Shown one piece after another: positions 18,840 to 28,239 of a DNA stretch of 64,000 nucleotides. The stretch comes from Chthonomonadaceae bacterium. Its GTDB lineage: Bacteria > Armatimonadota > Chthonomonadetes > Chthonomonadales > Chthonomonadaceae. The stretch's first letter is position 1. Each line of letters opens with the position of its first letter. Both the position numbers and the translations under genes were made by a program. The DNA lies in assembly GCA_035650735.1 (NCBI GenBank), contig DASRGZ010000120.1, positions 1 through 64,000 on the forward strand, read 5' to 3'. The notes under the pieces were generated by a model, which saw only the letters and a list, made by a program, of their open reading frames with translations, made no database searches and was not told the origin of the DNA.

Positions 18840-19224
18840 CCTCACCCCCGTCCCCTCTCCTTGAGAAGGAGAGGGGAGTAGCCCTCACCCCCTATCCCCC
18901 TACTGCAAGGGTCGCGCCTACAATGGTTCGGCCACTGCCAGGGTCGGCAAGGTTACGGCCCTTGCCTCCGCCTAGCGACACCTTGCCACAGCCCTCCGCC
19001 TTGCGATCCACGCTGCGGGAGAGGGGGAACGGAGAAGCCGGGTCCCCCTTCCCTAGCGAGGAACGAGCGAGTAGGATCGCTAGGCGGAGGGCTGTGGCAA
19101 GGTGTCGCTAGGCGGAGGCAAGGGCCGTAACCTTGCCGACCCTGGCAGTGGGGCGAACCATGGTAGCGCCGACCCTGGCAGTCCGTTGAGCGGCGTCCCT
19201 TGCAGTGGGGGAAGGGGCGTTAGG
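18840..19224. repeat. composite palindromic repeat with nested micro-elements; perfect 70-bp inverted repeat
   Basis: 18932-19001 is the exact reverse complement of 19082-19151. Confidence 0.85.
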
Positions 19225-19236
19225 TGCAAGCGGTGT

Positions 19237-19288
19237 AAAAACAGAGCGGAGCGGACAGAACCTTCCTGTCCGCTCCGCTCTTTGTTTT
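19237..19288. terminator. bidirectional intrinsic terminator
   Basis: 16-bp perfect stem AGAGCGGAGCGGACAG / CTGTCCGCTCCGCTCT flanked by A- and T-rich tracts, between convergent LCP and rpsU. Confidence 0.8.
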
Positions 19289-19339
19289 ACAGAATTCTGT
19301 TGGTGATCCGGCTTGCGTCCGGGCTAACCGCCGCGTCGC

Positions 19340-19549
19340 TTAGCGTCCCTCACGCCCCTCCGCCTTGCGCTTGGCATTCATAATCTTGCGCAGACGGGCG
19401 GCCTGCTCACGACGCCGCTTGTCGCTCGGCTTCTCATAATGCTCATGGGCGCGCGCCTCTTTGAGAATGCCGCTCTCCATCGTCTGCTTCTTGAACCGCC
19501 GCAAGGCCTGATCAATGCTCTCGCCAGGCTTGACGATCACTTGTGCCAA
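19340..19549 (-). CDS. rpsU: 30S ribosomal protein S21
   Basis: GESIDQALRRFKK..HEHYEKPS; TTG start. Confidence 0.95.
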   Translation of the reverse strand: MAQVIVKPGESIDQALRRFKKQTMESGILKEARAHEHYEKPSDKRRREQAARLRKIMNAKRKAEGREGR

Positions 19550-19676
19550 AATGCTTCATTCCTTTCCGAAATTGCACCGTTGATCGGGCAGAAAACTTCT
19601 CAACTATAGTATACCTCAAAATTTGCCAATTGTCTGCCCAGATTACAGCTATTTTTCCTGCTTTTTTTGCAAAGGC

Positions 19677-21347
19677 TCAGGCGCGCAGCACCTGGCCTGC
19701 CGGCTGCGGACGGTATTCCCCCTGCCAGACGACGGCGCGACCATTGACGAAGACATAAGGCAGGCCGAGAGGCGTCTGGCGCGGATGCTCGAAGGTGGCG
19801 CGGTCGGCGATGGTAGTCGGGTCGAACAGCACCAGATCGGCGTGATAGCCCTCGGCGATGCTTCCCCGGTCGGTCAGCCCCAGACGAGCGGCGGGCAGGC
19901 TCGTCATCTTGCGGATGGCCTCCGGCAGCGACAGCAACCGCTCCTCGCGCGTGTATTTTCCCAGGATACGCGGGTAGGCTCCAAAGACGCCCGGATGCGG
20001 CTTGCCGCGCCCCGTATCCCAGGCATCCGTGCAGAAAGCGCGCGTCGGATGCGCCAGGAAGAGCCGCATGCCTTCCTCATTGTTCAGGTTTCCGGTGATT
20101 CCTATGACAATCTGCTGGATGTCAGCCTCCTCGTCCAGCAGCAAGTCGGAGACGGCATCAAAGGGGCTCTTGCCCATCCGTGCCGCGATCTCCGGGACGC
20201 TACGGCCCTCGAACGGCTTGTTGCGCGGCTTGGCGACAAAGGCGATGCGGATGTTCTCCCAGCCGACGGCGCGTACGATATTGATGGGCCAGCGTCCGGG
20301 CAGCCAGGGCGGCCACTCCGGCAGCACATGCTCGATGTCGTGGCGCATTCGGGCGCGCAGGACGGGATCGCTCAGGCGCTCAAGGAAGGCGCGCAGGCCC
20401 CCTTCCAACGCCCAGGGCGGATAGAGGGCCAGCAGGGTCGTCCCCACCGAGGTATAGGGGAAGACCTCCTGCGTGTAGTCTATGCCTTCCGCGCACGCCC
20501 GCTCGGAGAGGGCGATATCGGCCTCGGCATGGCGCACCCAGTCGTGAGAGGCGACCACCTGATCGTGGGAGAGATGCACGGAGGCCCCGGTTGCGCGCCC
20601 CACGCCCACGATCTCCTCCAGAGAGGGCAGAAGGCTCTCCAGCGTGCCGCCGCGCTGGTGGAAATTGGCGAAGCGACGCCGCCCCACGCCGTTGCCGAAC
20701 GCCGCCACGACCTCGCAGAGCGCGGCTACCTCTTCGGTTGGCGCGTATTGGCCCGGCGGGTAGACCAGCCCGAACGATATCCCAAACGCCCCCTGCTCCA
20801 GCGACTCCCGCACGGCGCGGCGCATCCGGGCGATCTCCTCGGCGGTGGCCTGGCGTCCCTCCACCCCGCCCATCGCCAGCACGCGGATCGGGCCGTGCGC
20901 CACCAGCGCTGCCACATTAAGCACTAGACCGCTGCGCTCCAGATGGGCCAGGTAGTCGGCGGTCGTCCGCCAGTTCCAGGAGAGCGGCTCGGCGGCGGAG
21001 AGGAACCCCAACATGCCCTCCACGAGCGGGCGCGTTGCGGGCGTCACGGGTGCGGCGGCGAAACCGCAGTTGCCGATAAGCTCGGTGGTGATGCCCTGGC
21101 AGACCCGCCCGCGCATCAGCTCCTGCTGCCGGTCGAAAGGCTGGGCCAGCAGCGCATCGCAGTGGGAATGGAGGTCAATAAAGCCCGGCGCCAGCGTCAG
21201 GCCGTCCGCATCAATGCACGCCGCCGCCCTAGCCTCCCGCAGATCGCCTATCGCCGCTATCTTACCATCCTGAATGCCCACATCGGCGCGGAAGCCGGGT
21301 CGGCCCGTGCCGTCCAATACCTGCGCGCCCGAAATGATCGTCTCCAT
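19677..21347 (-). CDS. N-acyl-D-amino acid deacylase (D-aminoacylase)
   Basis: APGFIDLHSH, QGITTELIGNCG, PHPG..GAYPRILG, EAIRKMTSLPA. Confidence 0.9.
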   Translation of the reverse strand: METIISGAQVLDGTGRPGFRADVGIQDGKIAAIGDLREARAAACIDADGLTLAPGFIDLHSHCDALLAQPFDRQQELMRGRVCQGITTELIGNCGFAAAPVTPATRPLVEGMLGFLSAAEPLSWNWRTTADYLAHLERSGLVLNVAALVAHGPIRVLAMGGVEGRQATAEEIARMRRAVRESLEQGAFGISFGLVYPPGQYAPTEEVAALCEVVAAFGNGVGRRRFANFHQRGGTLESLLPSLEEIVGVGRATGASVHLSHDQVVASHDWVRHAEADIALSERACAEGIDYTQEVFPYTSVGTTLLALYPPWALEGGLRAFLERLSDPVLRARMRHDIEHVLPEWPPWLPGRWPINIVRAVGWENIRIAFVAKPRNKPFEGRSVPEIAARMGKSPFDAVSDLLLDEEADIQQIVIGITGNLNNEEGMRLFLAHPTRAFCTDAWDTGRGKPHPGVFGAYPRILGKYTREERLLSLPEAIRKMTSLPAARLGLTDRGSIAEGYHADLVLFDPTTIADRATFEHPRQTPLGLPYVFVNGRAVVWQGEYRPQPAGQVLRA

Positions 21348-21553
21348 CGCGGTTGCCTATCCCATCAATCTTGCGAAATTGCGTCTTTAAGCAGCGCCCA
21401 ACGGAAGCCAACGGAAGCCAAAAGCTGCTGGCCATTCCTTGCTAAATTCTGTCCTTCAAGCTCAATTCGGCCAGTTGCCATTTAAGGTGAAAGCTGCTAC
21501 AATAGTAGGGCTACTGGCGCCCAGGTCAGGCCCTATTTCCCCGGGCACCGAAT

Positions 21554-23056
21554 TTGCAGGCAAGGAGGTTTCCTGTCATCGCACCCCCGCCCCTACCGCG
21601 CGCATCTCGGCGGCGCTCTGCCCGGCGCCCCCGCATCGTAGCCGGCTTTACCGGCGCGCTCATCCTCGCCGGGCTGGCCTTTGCCGCCCTCTCGCGCTCC
21701 GCGCCCGCGGCGAAGACGCCCCCGCCCGCCGCTGTGCCAGCGCCTTCTGCCGCAGCCCAATCCGCTGCCGCGCCGCCTTCCACAGCCCCGATCCCGACCG
21801 CCCAGCAGACGCAGACGGACCTTCCGCCGCCCACGATGCCGGCCCCGACCGTCTCCAGGCCGCTCAAGCCGCTCAAGCCTCCGATGATCCATGCCGCGAG
21901 CGCCATCCTGATCGATGCCGTCAGCGGGCAGGTGCTTTACGAGAAGAATGCGGATGTGGAGCGCCCGATGGCCAGCACGACCAAGATCATGACGGCGCTG
22001 CTGTTCTGCGAGAACGTGCCGGAGGACGCAAACATCACCGCCAGCCACAATGCCTGCTACACCGGCGGCAGCTCGCTCCACCTGCACTCCGGCGAAAGGG
22101 TCTGCGGGCGGGATATGCTCCATGCCATCCTGATGCGCTCGGCCAACGATGCCTGCGTGGCCGCCGCCGAATATATCGCCGGCTCGGAAGCCGCCTTCGT
22201 CGCGCGGATGAACGAACGCGCGCAGGAGCTCGGCGCCCTGCATACCCACTTCGCCAACAGCCACGGCCTCAACGATCCTGACCATTATACCACGGCCCGC
22301 GACCTGGCGACCATCGCCCGCGCCGCCATGCAAAACCCGCGCATCCGTGAGGTGGTGCGTACCCGCTACTATCGCATCGTCCGCTCCACTGGATCACGCG
22401 ATACGCTGATGCGCAACCACTCCCACTTCCTCGGCAAATATCCGGGCGCCGACGGCATCAAGACCGGCTGGACCATCCCGGCGGGCCACTGCTACGCCGG
22501 CTCCGCCACCCGCAACGGCTGGCAGTTGATCTCCGTCGTGCTCAAGAGCCCGGATTACGTCCACGAGACCGCCTCCCTGATGAACTACGGGTTCGCCAAC
22601 TTTGAGCCGCACATCGTCGCCAAAACGGGCGATGTGGTGGGCCATTGCGAGGTGACCGGAGGCGTGCTGCCCACCGTGCCGGTTACGGTGAAATCCCCTG
22701 TCCAGTTCGTCATCCGCAAGGGCCAGTCCCCGGAGGTTGCGCCGCGAATCGCGCTCGCGCCGGCGCGGGCGCCTATCGAAGCGGGCGTGCCGGTCGGCAC
22801 GATGGAGCTTTACCGCGCGGGCAAACAGATCGCCTCCGCGCCGCTGGTCACGATGACCGCCGACCCGGCACCCCCGACGATCACCGGGTCGCGCAAAGCC
22901 GGTCCCTGGAAAAGCGCCGCCCTTGCCACTACGATTTTTACCGTGGGTCTGGTATCCTTACGGTATGGAACACGAGTTGCCGCGCTTACAAAAAGTGCTC
23001 GCCGACGCCGGCGTCGCCTCGCGCAGAGCCTCCGAGGAGATGATCGCCTCGGGTAG
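21554..23056 (+). CDS. D-alanyl-D-alanine carboxypeptidase (peptidase S11)
   Basis: ASTTKIMT (SxxK), SANDA (SxN), IKTGWT (KTG); start uncertain. Confidence 0.9.
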   Translation: MQARRFPVIAPPPLPRASRRRSARRPRIVAGFTGALILAGLAFAALSRSAPAAKTPPPAAVPAPSAAAQSAAAPPSTAPIPTAQQTQTDLPPPTMPAPTVSRPLKPLKPPMIHAASAILIDAVSGQVLYEKNADVERPMASTTKIMTALLFCENVPEDANITASHNACYTGGSSLHLHSGERVCGRDMLHAILMRSANDACVAAAEYIAGSEAAFVARMNERAQELGALHTHFANSHGLNDPDHYTTARDLATIARAAMQNPRIREVVRTRYYRIVRSTGSRDTLMRNHSHFLGKYPGADGIKTGWTIPAGHCYAGSATRNGWQLISVVLKSPDYVHETASLMNYGFANFEPHIVAKTGDVVGHCEVTGGVLPTVPVTVKSPVQFVIRKGQSPEVAPRIALAPARAPIEAGVPVGTMELYRAGKQIASAPLVTMTADPAPPTITGSRKAGPWKSAALATTIFTVGLVSLRYGTRVAALTKSARRRRRRLAQSLRGDDRLG

Positions 23057-23810
23057 AGTCAGCGTCAACGGCCGGGTGGTCACCGAATTGGGCACCAAAG
23101 TAGACCCCGAAACGGATGCGATCCGCGTGGATGGCGAGCTCATCCACACCGCCGCGCCGCCCAAGAAGGTCTACCTCATGCTCAACAAGCCCGTCGGCGT
23201 CGTCAGCACGGCCCGTGACCCGCACGCGGGAAAGACGGTGCTGGACCTGGTCGCGCAGGTGGGCACGCGGGTCTACCCGGTCGGGCGGCTGGATGCCGAC
23301 AGCGCGGGCCTGCTCCTGCTGACCAACGACGGCGAGTTCGCCAACCGCATGACCCACCCCCGCTACCACGTCCCGAAAACCTACCGCGTTCGGGCGCGCG
23401 GCTTTGTGGATCGGGAGGCTGCCACACGGCTTGCCAACGGCGTAGACCTTCCCGAGGGCAGAACCGCGCCCGCCGACGTGCGCTTTGTTGAGTACGACTC
23501 GGCCACGCAGAGCACCATCCTGGACATCACCCTCTATGAGGGCCGCAATCGCCAGGTGCGCCGGATGCTGGAGGCGGTCGGCCATCCCGTCCGCGACCTG
23601 ACCCGCATTGGTTTCGGCAATCTGCGGCTCAAGGGGCTGGCGCCCGGCACCTGGCGCAAGCTCCGCCCGGACGAGATCGCCGGATTGCTCGCCATGGCCC
23701 AGCCGACTCCCGCCCCCAGGAAGGAGACGCGCCGCCCTCGCCCCGGCCCGCGCCCTGCCCGCAATCCACGCCGCGCCCCTAACAAAACGACCGGACAAGG
23801 TGAAGCATGA
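22965..23810 (+). CDS. rluB: pseudouridine synthase RluB/RsuA family
   Basis: S4 domain RLQKVLADAGVASRR, GRLDADS catalytic motif, EGRNRQVRRM. Confidence 0.9.
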   Translation: MEHELPRLQKVLADAGVASRRASEEMIASGRVSVNGRVVTELGTKVDPETDAIRVDGELIHTAAPPKKVYLMLNKPVGVVSTARDPHAGKTVLDLVAQVGTRVYPVGRLDADSAGLLLLTNDGEFANRMTHPRYHVPKTYRVRARGFVDREAATRLANGVDLPEGRTAPADVRFVEYDSATQSTILDITLYEGRNRQVRRMLEAVGHPVRDLTRIGFGNLRLKGLAPGTWRKLRPDEIAGLLAMAQPTPAPRKETRRPRPGPRPARNPRRAPNKTTGQGEA

Positions 23811-25081
23811 GCGTGTTTATGCCCCCGGAGGCGAATGCCGGGCGGAAGGCCGCCCGGCGTGGAAATGATGCCGTTTGCCTCTCTCAGGTGAAATTAGCCC
23901 TCACCCCCTGTCCCCCCCTCCCACGCTGCGGGAGAGGGGGAACGTGCCTCTGCCCGCGTAGGTGTCACAAGCCGGAGGCGCGAACCGCTGAGCGCCGACC
24001 CTGGCAGTCAGCGGGCCGCAGGTCCCACAACGGCAGGGTTCAGCCTGCCGGGAAAGTTACCGAACAAGAAACGCAAAGACCAATCTTCCCTCATGCGAGC
24101 CTGGTCTTCCTCGCCCTGGCGATGGGCGCGCTCTTAGGGCTTGCCGGCTGCCATGCCAGTACGCCCGCCAACCCAACGGCAGCGGCGGCGCCCCAGACGG
24201 CAGCCAAACCACACCCCCGGATCGGGGTGATCACGCCCCCGCCCACAACGCCCTTCCCTCGCACTCTCACCGATGCGCGCGGCCAGCAGATCACCCTCCC
24301 CAAACCGCCGCAGTGCATCGTCTCCCTGGCGCCCAGCAATACCGAGATCCTCTACGCGCTGGACCTGGGCAATCGGCTGGTGGCCGATACGACCGCCTGC
24401 GACTATCCGCCGGAAGCCAGGAAGAAGCCCCACGTCGGCGGGTATGCGATCAATATTGAGGCCGTGCAGGTGCAGAACCCCGATCTGGTCGTCGCGGTCG
24501 GCAGCGTCAACGGGCAGGCGATCAAGGCGCTGGAGCGGACGAAGACGCCGCTCTTAGTAATCGATCCGAAGACGGTGGCCGATGTCTACGACGCCATCAA
24601 GCTGATCGGCGCGGCCACCGGGCAGGACATGCAGGCGGCCAGGGTCGTCATGGAGATGCAGGCCCGCATAGACGCCATTAAGCGGGCCGTCGCCAGCACG
24701 ACCGCCAGGCCCAGGGTCTTCATCGTCTATGGCGTCAAGCCGACCATCTATACCACCGGGCCGGGCTCCTTTATTGACGACCTCATCACCGTAGCGGGCG
24801 GCAAGAACATCGTCACCACGCCCGCGCCCGCCGGAAACACGATCTCCGCCGAGCAGGTGGTGACGGCCCAGCCGGACGTGATTATCGCCAGCAAGGGGCT
24901 GATACCCCAGATCCGGCAGATGCCCGGCTGGGCCACCGGCGTTCCCGCCGTCAGGAACAATCGGTTCTTCACGCCCGGCGATGGCGCCATCCTTGAGCGT
25001 CCGGGGCCGCGCCTGGCGGAAGGCGCGGAGGAACTGGCAAAATACCTGCACCCGGAGATATTTGACCGGAGCAAGCCATAA
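23807..25081 (+). CDS. cobalamin/Fe-siderophore ABC substrate-binding lipoprotein (BtuF-like)
   Basis: LAGC lipobox, IVSLAPSNTEIL, CDYP, ERPGPRL; start uncertain (ATGA-coupled to rluB, runs through a repeat). Confidence 0.85.
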   Translation: MSVFMPPEANAGRKAARRGNDAVCLSQVKLALTPCPPLPRCGRGGTCLCPRRCHKPEARTAERRPWQSAGRRSHNGRVQPAGKVTEQETQRPIFPHASLVFLALAMGALLGLAGCHASTPANPTAAAAPQTAAKPHPRIGVITPPPTTPFPRTLTDARGQQITLPKPPQCIVSLAPSNTEILYALDLGNRLVADTTACDYPPEARKKPHVGGYAINIEAVQVQNPDLVVAVGSVNGQAIKALERTKTPLLVIDPKTVADVYDAIKLIGAATGQDMQAARVVMEMQARIDAIKRAVASTTARPRVFIVYGVKPTIYTTGPGSFIDDLITVAGGKNIVTTPAPAGNTISAEQVVTAQPDVIIASKGLIPQIRQMPGWATGVPAVRNNRFFTPGDGAILERPGPRLAEGAEELAKYLHPEIFDRSKP

Positions 25082-25086
25082 GCCCT

Positions 25087-26223
25087 ATGCCCACCACGAC
25101 CGATCCTCCCGTCTCTATGCCGTCCGCCGACAGGCCCGACCGGCGCCTGCCCGCCGCCATCACGCCGAAGCGCCCCTGGCGGGCCGTGTTTGTCGCGCTG
25201 GCGGCGCTGCTAATGATTATGGTGCTGCTCAACGTATGGATGGGTGAGGCCAGCGTCGCCGCCAAAGTGCGCCCCGGGCTGGTGCTGCAAGTTATCGGGC
25301 GGCACATTCCCGGACTTTTCGCCTATGTCCCGCCGCTGCCGGAGAGCCTGGCGTACGTCGAGAGCATCGTCTGGGAGCAGCGGCTGCCCCGCGCCCTGGG
25401 CGGCGCGCTGATTGGGATGCTGCTGGCAATGGCGGGGGTGGCGTTCCAGAGCCTCTTGATGAATCCGCTCGCCGACCCCTACATGGTCGGCGTCTCGGCG
25501 GGCTCGGCGCTGGGTTCGGTGGTCGTCATTCTGCTGGGCGGAACGGCGCTGCTCGCCGGGTTTATGCAGCCGCTTGCGGCCTTCGTCACGGGCCTGCTGA
25601 CGATGGGCGTGGTCTATGCGCTGGCGCGCGTGCGCGGCAAGCTCTCGGCACAGACGTTCCTGCTGGCCGGAATCGTCGTCGGCACCTTCTTCTGGTCGCT
25701 GATACCGCTCTCTATCGCGCTGGCCAACCGCTCCGGCAACTTCGAGCGCCAGAGCTTGATCCTGTCGCAGCTTTTGGGCAACTTGGAAAGCGTGGAGTGG
25801 CGCAGCCTCGGCCTGCTGCTGCCCTTCGGCATCGCCGGCGGGCTGACGCTCTGGTTGGGAGCGCGCGAGCTGAACCTCATGGCGCTGGGCGAGGAGACGG
25901 CGGCACACCTGGGGGTGAACACGGAGGCGTTCAAGCGGCGGGTTATTCTGGCCGGGTCGTTGGTGACGGCGGCGGCGGTCTCGGTGACCGGGATCATCGC
26001 GTTTGTCGGCATGGTCGTGCCGCATATCGCAAGGCGCCTGGTCGGGCCGGACCATCGGGTTCTCCTGCCCGTGGCGATGCTGTTGGGCGGGCTTGTGCTG
26101 GTCGTCTCCGACTGGCTGTCGCGCGTGTTTCTGGCACAACTGGAGGTGGGCGTGATCACGTCGCTGCTGGGCGCGCCGGTCTTCTGTTATCTGATCCGCC
26201 GCCACATGACGGCGCGCTGGTGA
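25087..26223 (+). CDS. FecCD/BtuC family ABC permease
   Basis: RLPRAL, NPLADPYMVGVSAG, LGEETAAHLG, FVGMVVPH. Confidence 0.92.
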   Translation: MPTTTDPPVSMPSADRPDRRLPAAITPKRPWRAVFVALAALLMIMVLLNVWMGEASVAAKVRPGLVLQVIGRHIPGLFAYVPPLPESLAYVESIVWEQRLPRALGGALIGMLLAMAGVAFQSLLMNPLADPYMVGVSAGSALGSVVVILLGGTALLAGFMQPLAAFVTGLLTMGVVYALARVRGKLSAQTFLLAGIVVGTFFWSLIPLSIALANRSGNFERQSLILSQLLGNLESVEWRSLGLLLPFGIAGGLTLWLGARELNLMALGEETAAHLGVNTEAFKRRVILAGSLVTAAAVSVTGIIAFVGMVVPHIARRLVGPDHRVLLPVAMLLGGLVLVVSDWLSRVFLAQLEVGVITSLLGAPVFCYLIRRHMTARW

Positions 26224-26253
26224 CAACTCCCTACGGCTAAAGCCGAGGGCTGC
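26222..26253. repeat. solo GGCTAAAGCC hairpin resembling an IS200/IS605-family end
   Basis: GACAACTCCCTACGGCTAAAGCCGAGGGCTGC; a related motif lies at 44542-44570. Confidence 0.45.
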
Positions 26254-26285
26254 TTCCTCGCGATTGAAGTAAAGGTTTGTCCCTT

Positions 26286-26885
26286 ATGTCTCGAAGTGCC
26301 CCTGCATCCAAAACAAAAGCGCCCAGACAGCGCAAGACCACGCCGCCCACGCCGGAGCAGCGGAACACGCTCGATCCGGCGTTGGAGGCGGAGTTAAAGC
26401 GGCTGTTCTCCGGCTTCTTCAAGCGCATGCTCGTGCTGTTTCTTCTCGTCGGCGTCGTCACCACATTCGCGGTCGCGGCGTTGCGCTTGCCGCCGACGAC
26501 CGGAATGGCCGTCCAGTTTGCCGCAGCCTTCGGCGTCATCCTCCCCTATTGGCGTGGGATAGACCGAATATCCAAGTACATCAAGCAGATCGGGCGTGAC
26601 CGCGTTAACCAGCGCCGCTTTGCCGATGCCCGCTACGCGCTGGAATACTTCCACCGCCTGGGCAATATGAGCCTGGATATAGACGGCGAAGCGCACTACT
26701 ACCTGATGCTGGCCTATCTGGGCCTGGACGACCTGGAACGCGCCCGGCAGATGGTCACCTGGCTGCAAAAGAATCGCCCTCGCTCCAAATGGCCCGAAAA
26801 GGCGGCCAGCGTCTTCGCCTCCGCCGAGCGCGCCCAGGCCCGCCGCCAGCAGTCGGCCCAACAGCAAACGGAAGACGGTTCCTGA
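26286..26885 (+). CDS. hypothetical membrane protein with TPR-like C-terminal helices
   Basis: Two TM helices, then EAHYYLMLAYLGLDDLERARQ. Confidence 0.7.
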   Translation: MSRSAPASKTKAPRQRKTTPPTPEQRNTLDPALEAELKRLFSGFFKRMLVLFLLVGVVTTFAVAALRLPPTTGMAVQFAAAFGVILPYWRGIDRISKYIKQIGRDRVNQRRFADARYALEYFHRLGNMSLDIDGEAHYYLMLAYLGLDDLERARQMVTWLQKNRPRSKWPEKAASVFASAERAQARRQQSAQQQTEDGS

Positions 26886-27024
26886 TCTCTATTGCCGGGC
26901 CGACAAATGCCCCGGCCTGGTATCCAGTTCCTCTCCAGGAGCCATCCGATAGGCGCCGTGCCCGACTCAGGGGAGACTATTTTACGATGAGGCGAAGTTT
27001 ACCTGGCTGCTCTCAGGCGCGTCC

Positions 27025-27771
27025 ATGATCGACACGAAGCATCTCTGCAAGGACTTTTACGATAAGAAGCGGGGCCACATCCACGCCGTCAACAACGTCT
27101 CTTTCTGCTGCCGTCCGGGGGAGATATTCGGTCTCCTCGGCCCCAACGGGGCCGGCAAGACGACGCTGCTGCGCATGCTCGCCACCATCCTGGAGCCGAC
27201 GTCCGGCACGGCCACCGTTGCCGGGTACGACATCCGTGAGCATCCTCAGGAGGTCCGCCAGCGCATCGGCTACCTTTCCAGTTCCACCGCGCTCTACGAA
27301 CGCCTCACCGCGCGCGAGATGGTCGCCTATTTCGGCGCCCTCTACGGCATGACTCCCGGCCAGATCGCCCAGCGCATAGAGGCTATCTTCACCGAGCTAG
27401 ACATGCACGAGTTCGCGGATACCCGCTGCGACAAGCTCTCCACCGGCCAGAAGCAGCGCGTCTCCATCGCCCGCACCATCATCCACCAGCCGCCTGTGCT
27501 GTTCTTCGACGAGCCGACCAACGGCCTGGACGTGGTGACCGCGCGCACTATCATTCGCTTTATCCGCCGCTGCCGGGAGGAGGGCCGCACGGTCGTCTTC
27601 TCCACGCACATCATGAGTGAAGTGGAGACGCTCTGCGATACCATCGCCGTCATCTTCCAGGGCCAGATCGCCGCCATCGGCACCCTGGAGGAGCTGCGCG
27701 CTCGCACGGGCAAACAGGCTTTTGAGGCGGTTTTCCTTAGCCTCATCGGCATGGATGAGGACGATGCCTGA
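27025..27771 (+). CDS. ABC transporter ATP-binding protein (NatA-like)
   Basis: GPNGAGKTT, LSTGQKQR, FFDEPTNGLD, FSTH. Confidence 0.92.
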   Translation: MIDTKHLCKDFYDKKRGHIHAVNNVSFCCRPGEIFGLLGPNGAGKTTLLRMLATILEPTSGTATVAGYDIREHPQEVRQRIGYLSSSTALYERLTAREMVAYFGALYGMTPGQIAQRIEAIFTELDMHEFADTRCDKLSTGQKQRVSIARTIIHQPPVLFFDEPTNGLDVVTARTIIRFIRRCREEGRTVVFSTHIMSEVETLCDTIAVIFQGQIAAIGTLEELRARTGKQAFEAVFLSLIGMDEDDA

Positions 27772-27776
27772 TGCGA

Positions 27777-28163
27777 TTTCTTTTCGGGTGGCTAAAGCCG
27801 CAGCAACCAAGGCACTAAACCCGCCTGTGCGGGTTCTGCCTTCACCCCCGGCCTACTGCCAGGGTCGGGCCTACAATGGACTGCAAGCCCCGCCTACGTC
27901 GTAACTATCCGAAAGTTTGATGCTGGCCTACTGCCAGGGTCGGGCCTACAATGGACTGCCAGGGTCGGCAGGGTTAGGGCCCCTGCCTCCGCCTTGCGAC
28001 ACCTAGCGACCCTCGCAGGGAAGGGAGTGATCCGGCTTCTGCTCTCCCCTCTCCCTGCAAGGGAGAAGGGCCGGGGATGAGGGCGGCCCTACACCCTATA
28101 CCCTATCCCCTACACCCTATACCCTACACCCTACACCCTACACAAAGGGCCGGGGGTGAGGGC
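27777..28163. repeat. repeat cluster: REPIN-like arm, tandem micro-elements, heptamer array
   Basis: 27777-27850 nearly identical to 63591-63662; micro-element left ends at 27855, 27930, 27955. Confidence 0.8.
28087..28142 (+). repeat. heptamer tandem repeat (CCCTAYA-type) x8
   Basis: ccctaca/ccctata/ccctatc units, flanked by direct repeat AAGGGCCGGGG(A/G)TGAGGGC. Confidence 0.9.
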
Positions 28164-28239
28164 CACATGGGAAAACCGAAGACCCAGGATCCGATACAAA
28201 TGGCAGGAATTGGGTACCCCTGCGGTGAAGCCTGCTTGC

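Noticed and set aside
22965..23056. 92-bp overlap between dac and rluB
   Set aside because: Most simply a read-through tail after the membrane anchor; no evidence of dual function
23810..24090. Possible cobalamin riboswitch upstream of the btuF-like gene
   Set aside because: Structure is explained by dispersed repeats; no B12-box pattern recognised
27850..27959. Two 35-bp direct repeats separated by 40 bp, CRISPR-like
   Set aside because: Only two units, both copies of the dispersed micro-element; no cas genes or leader in the window
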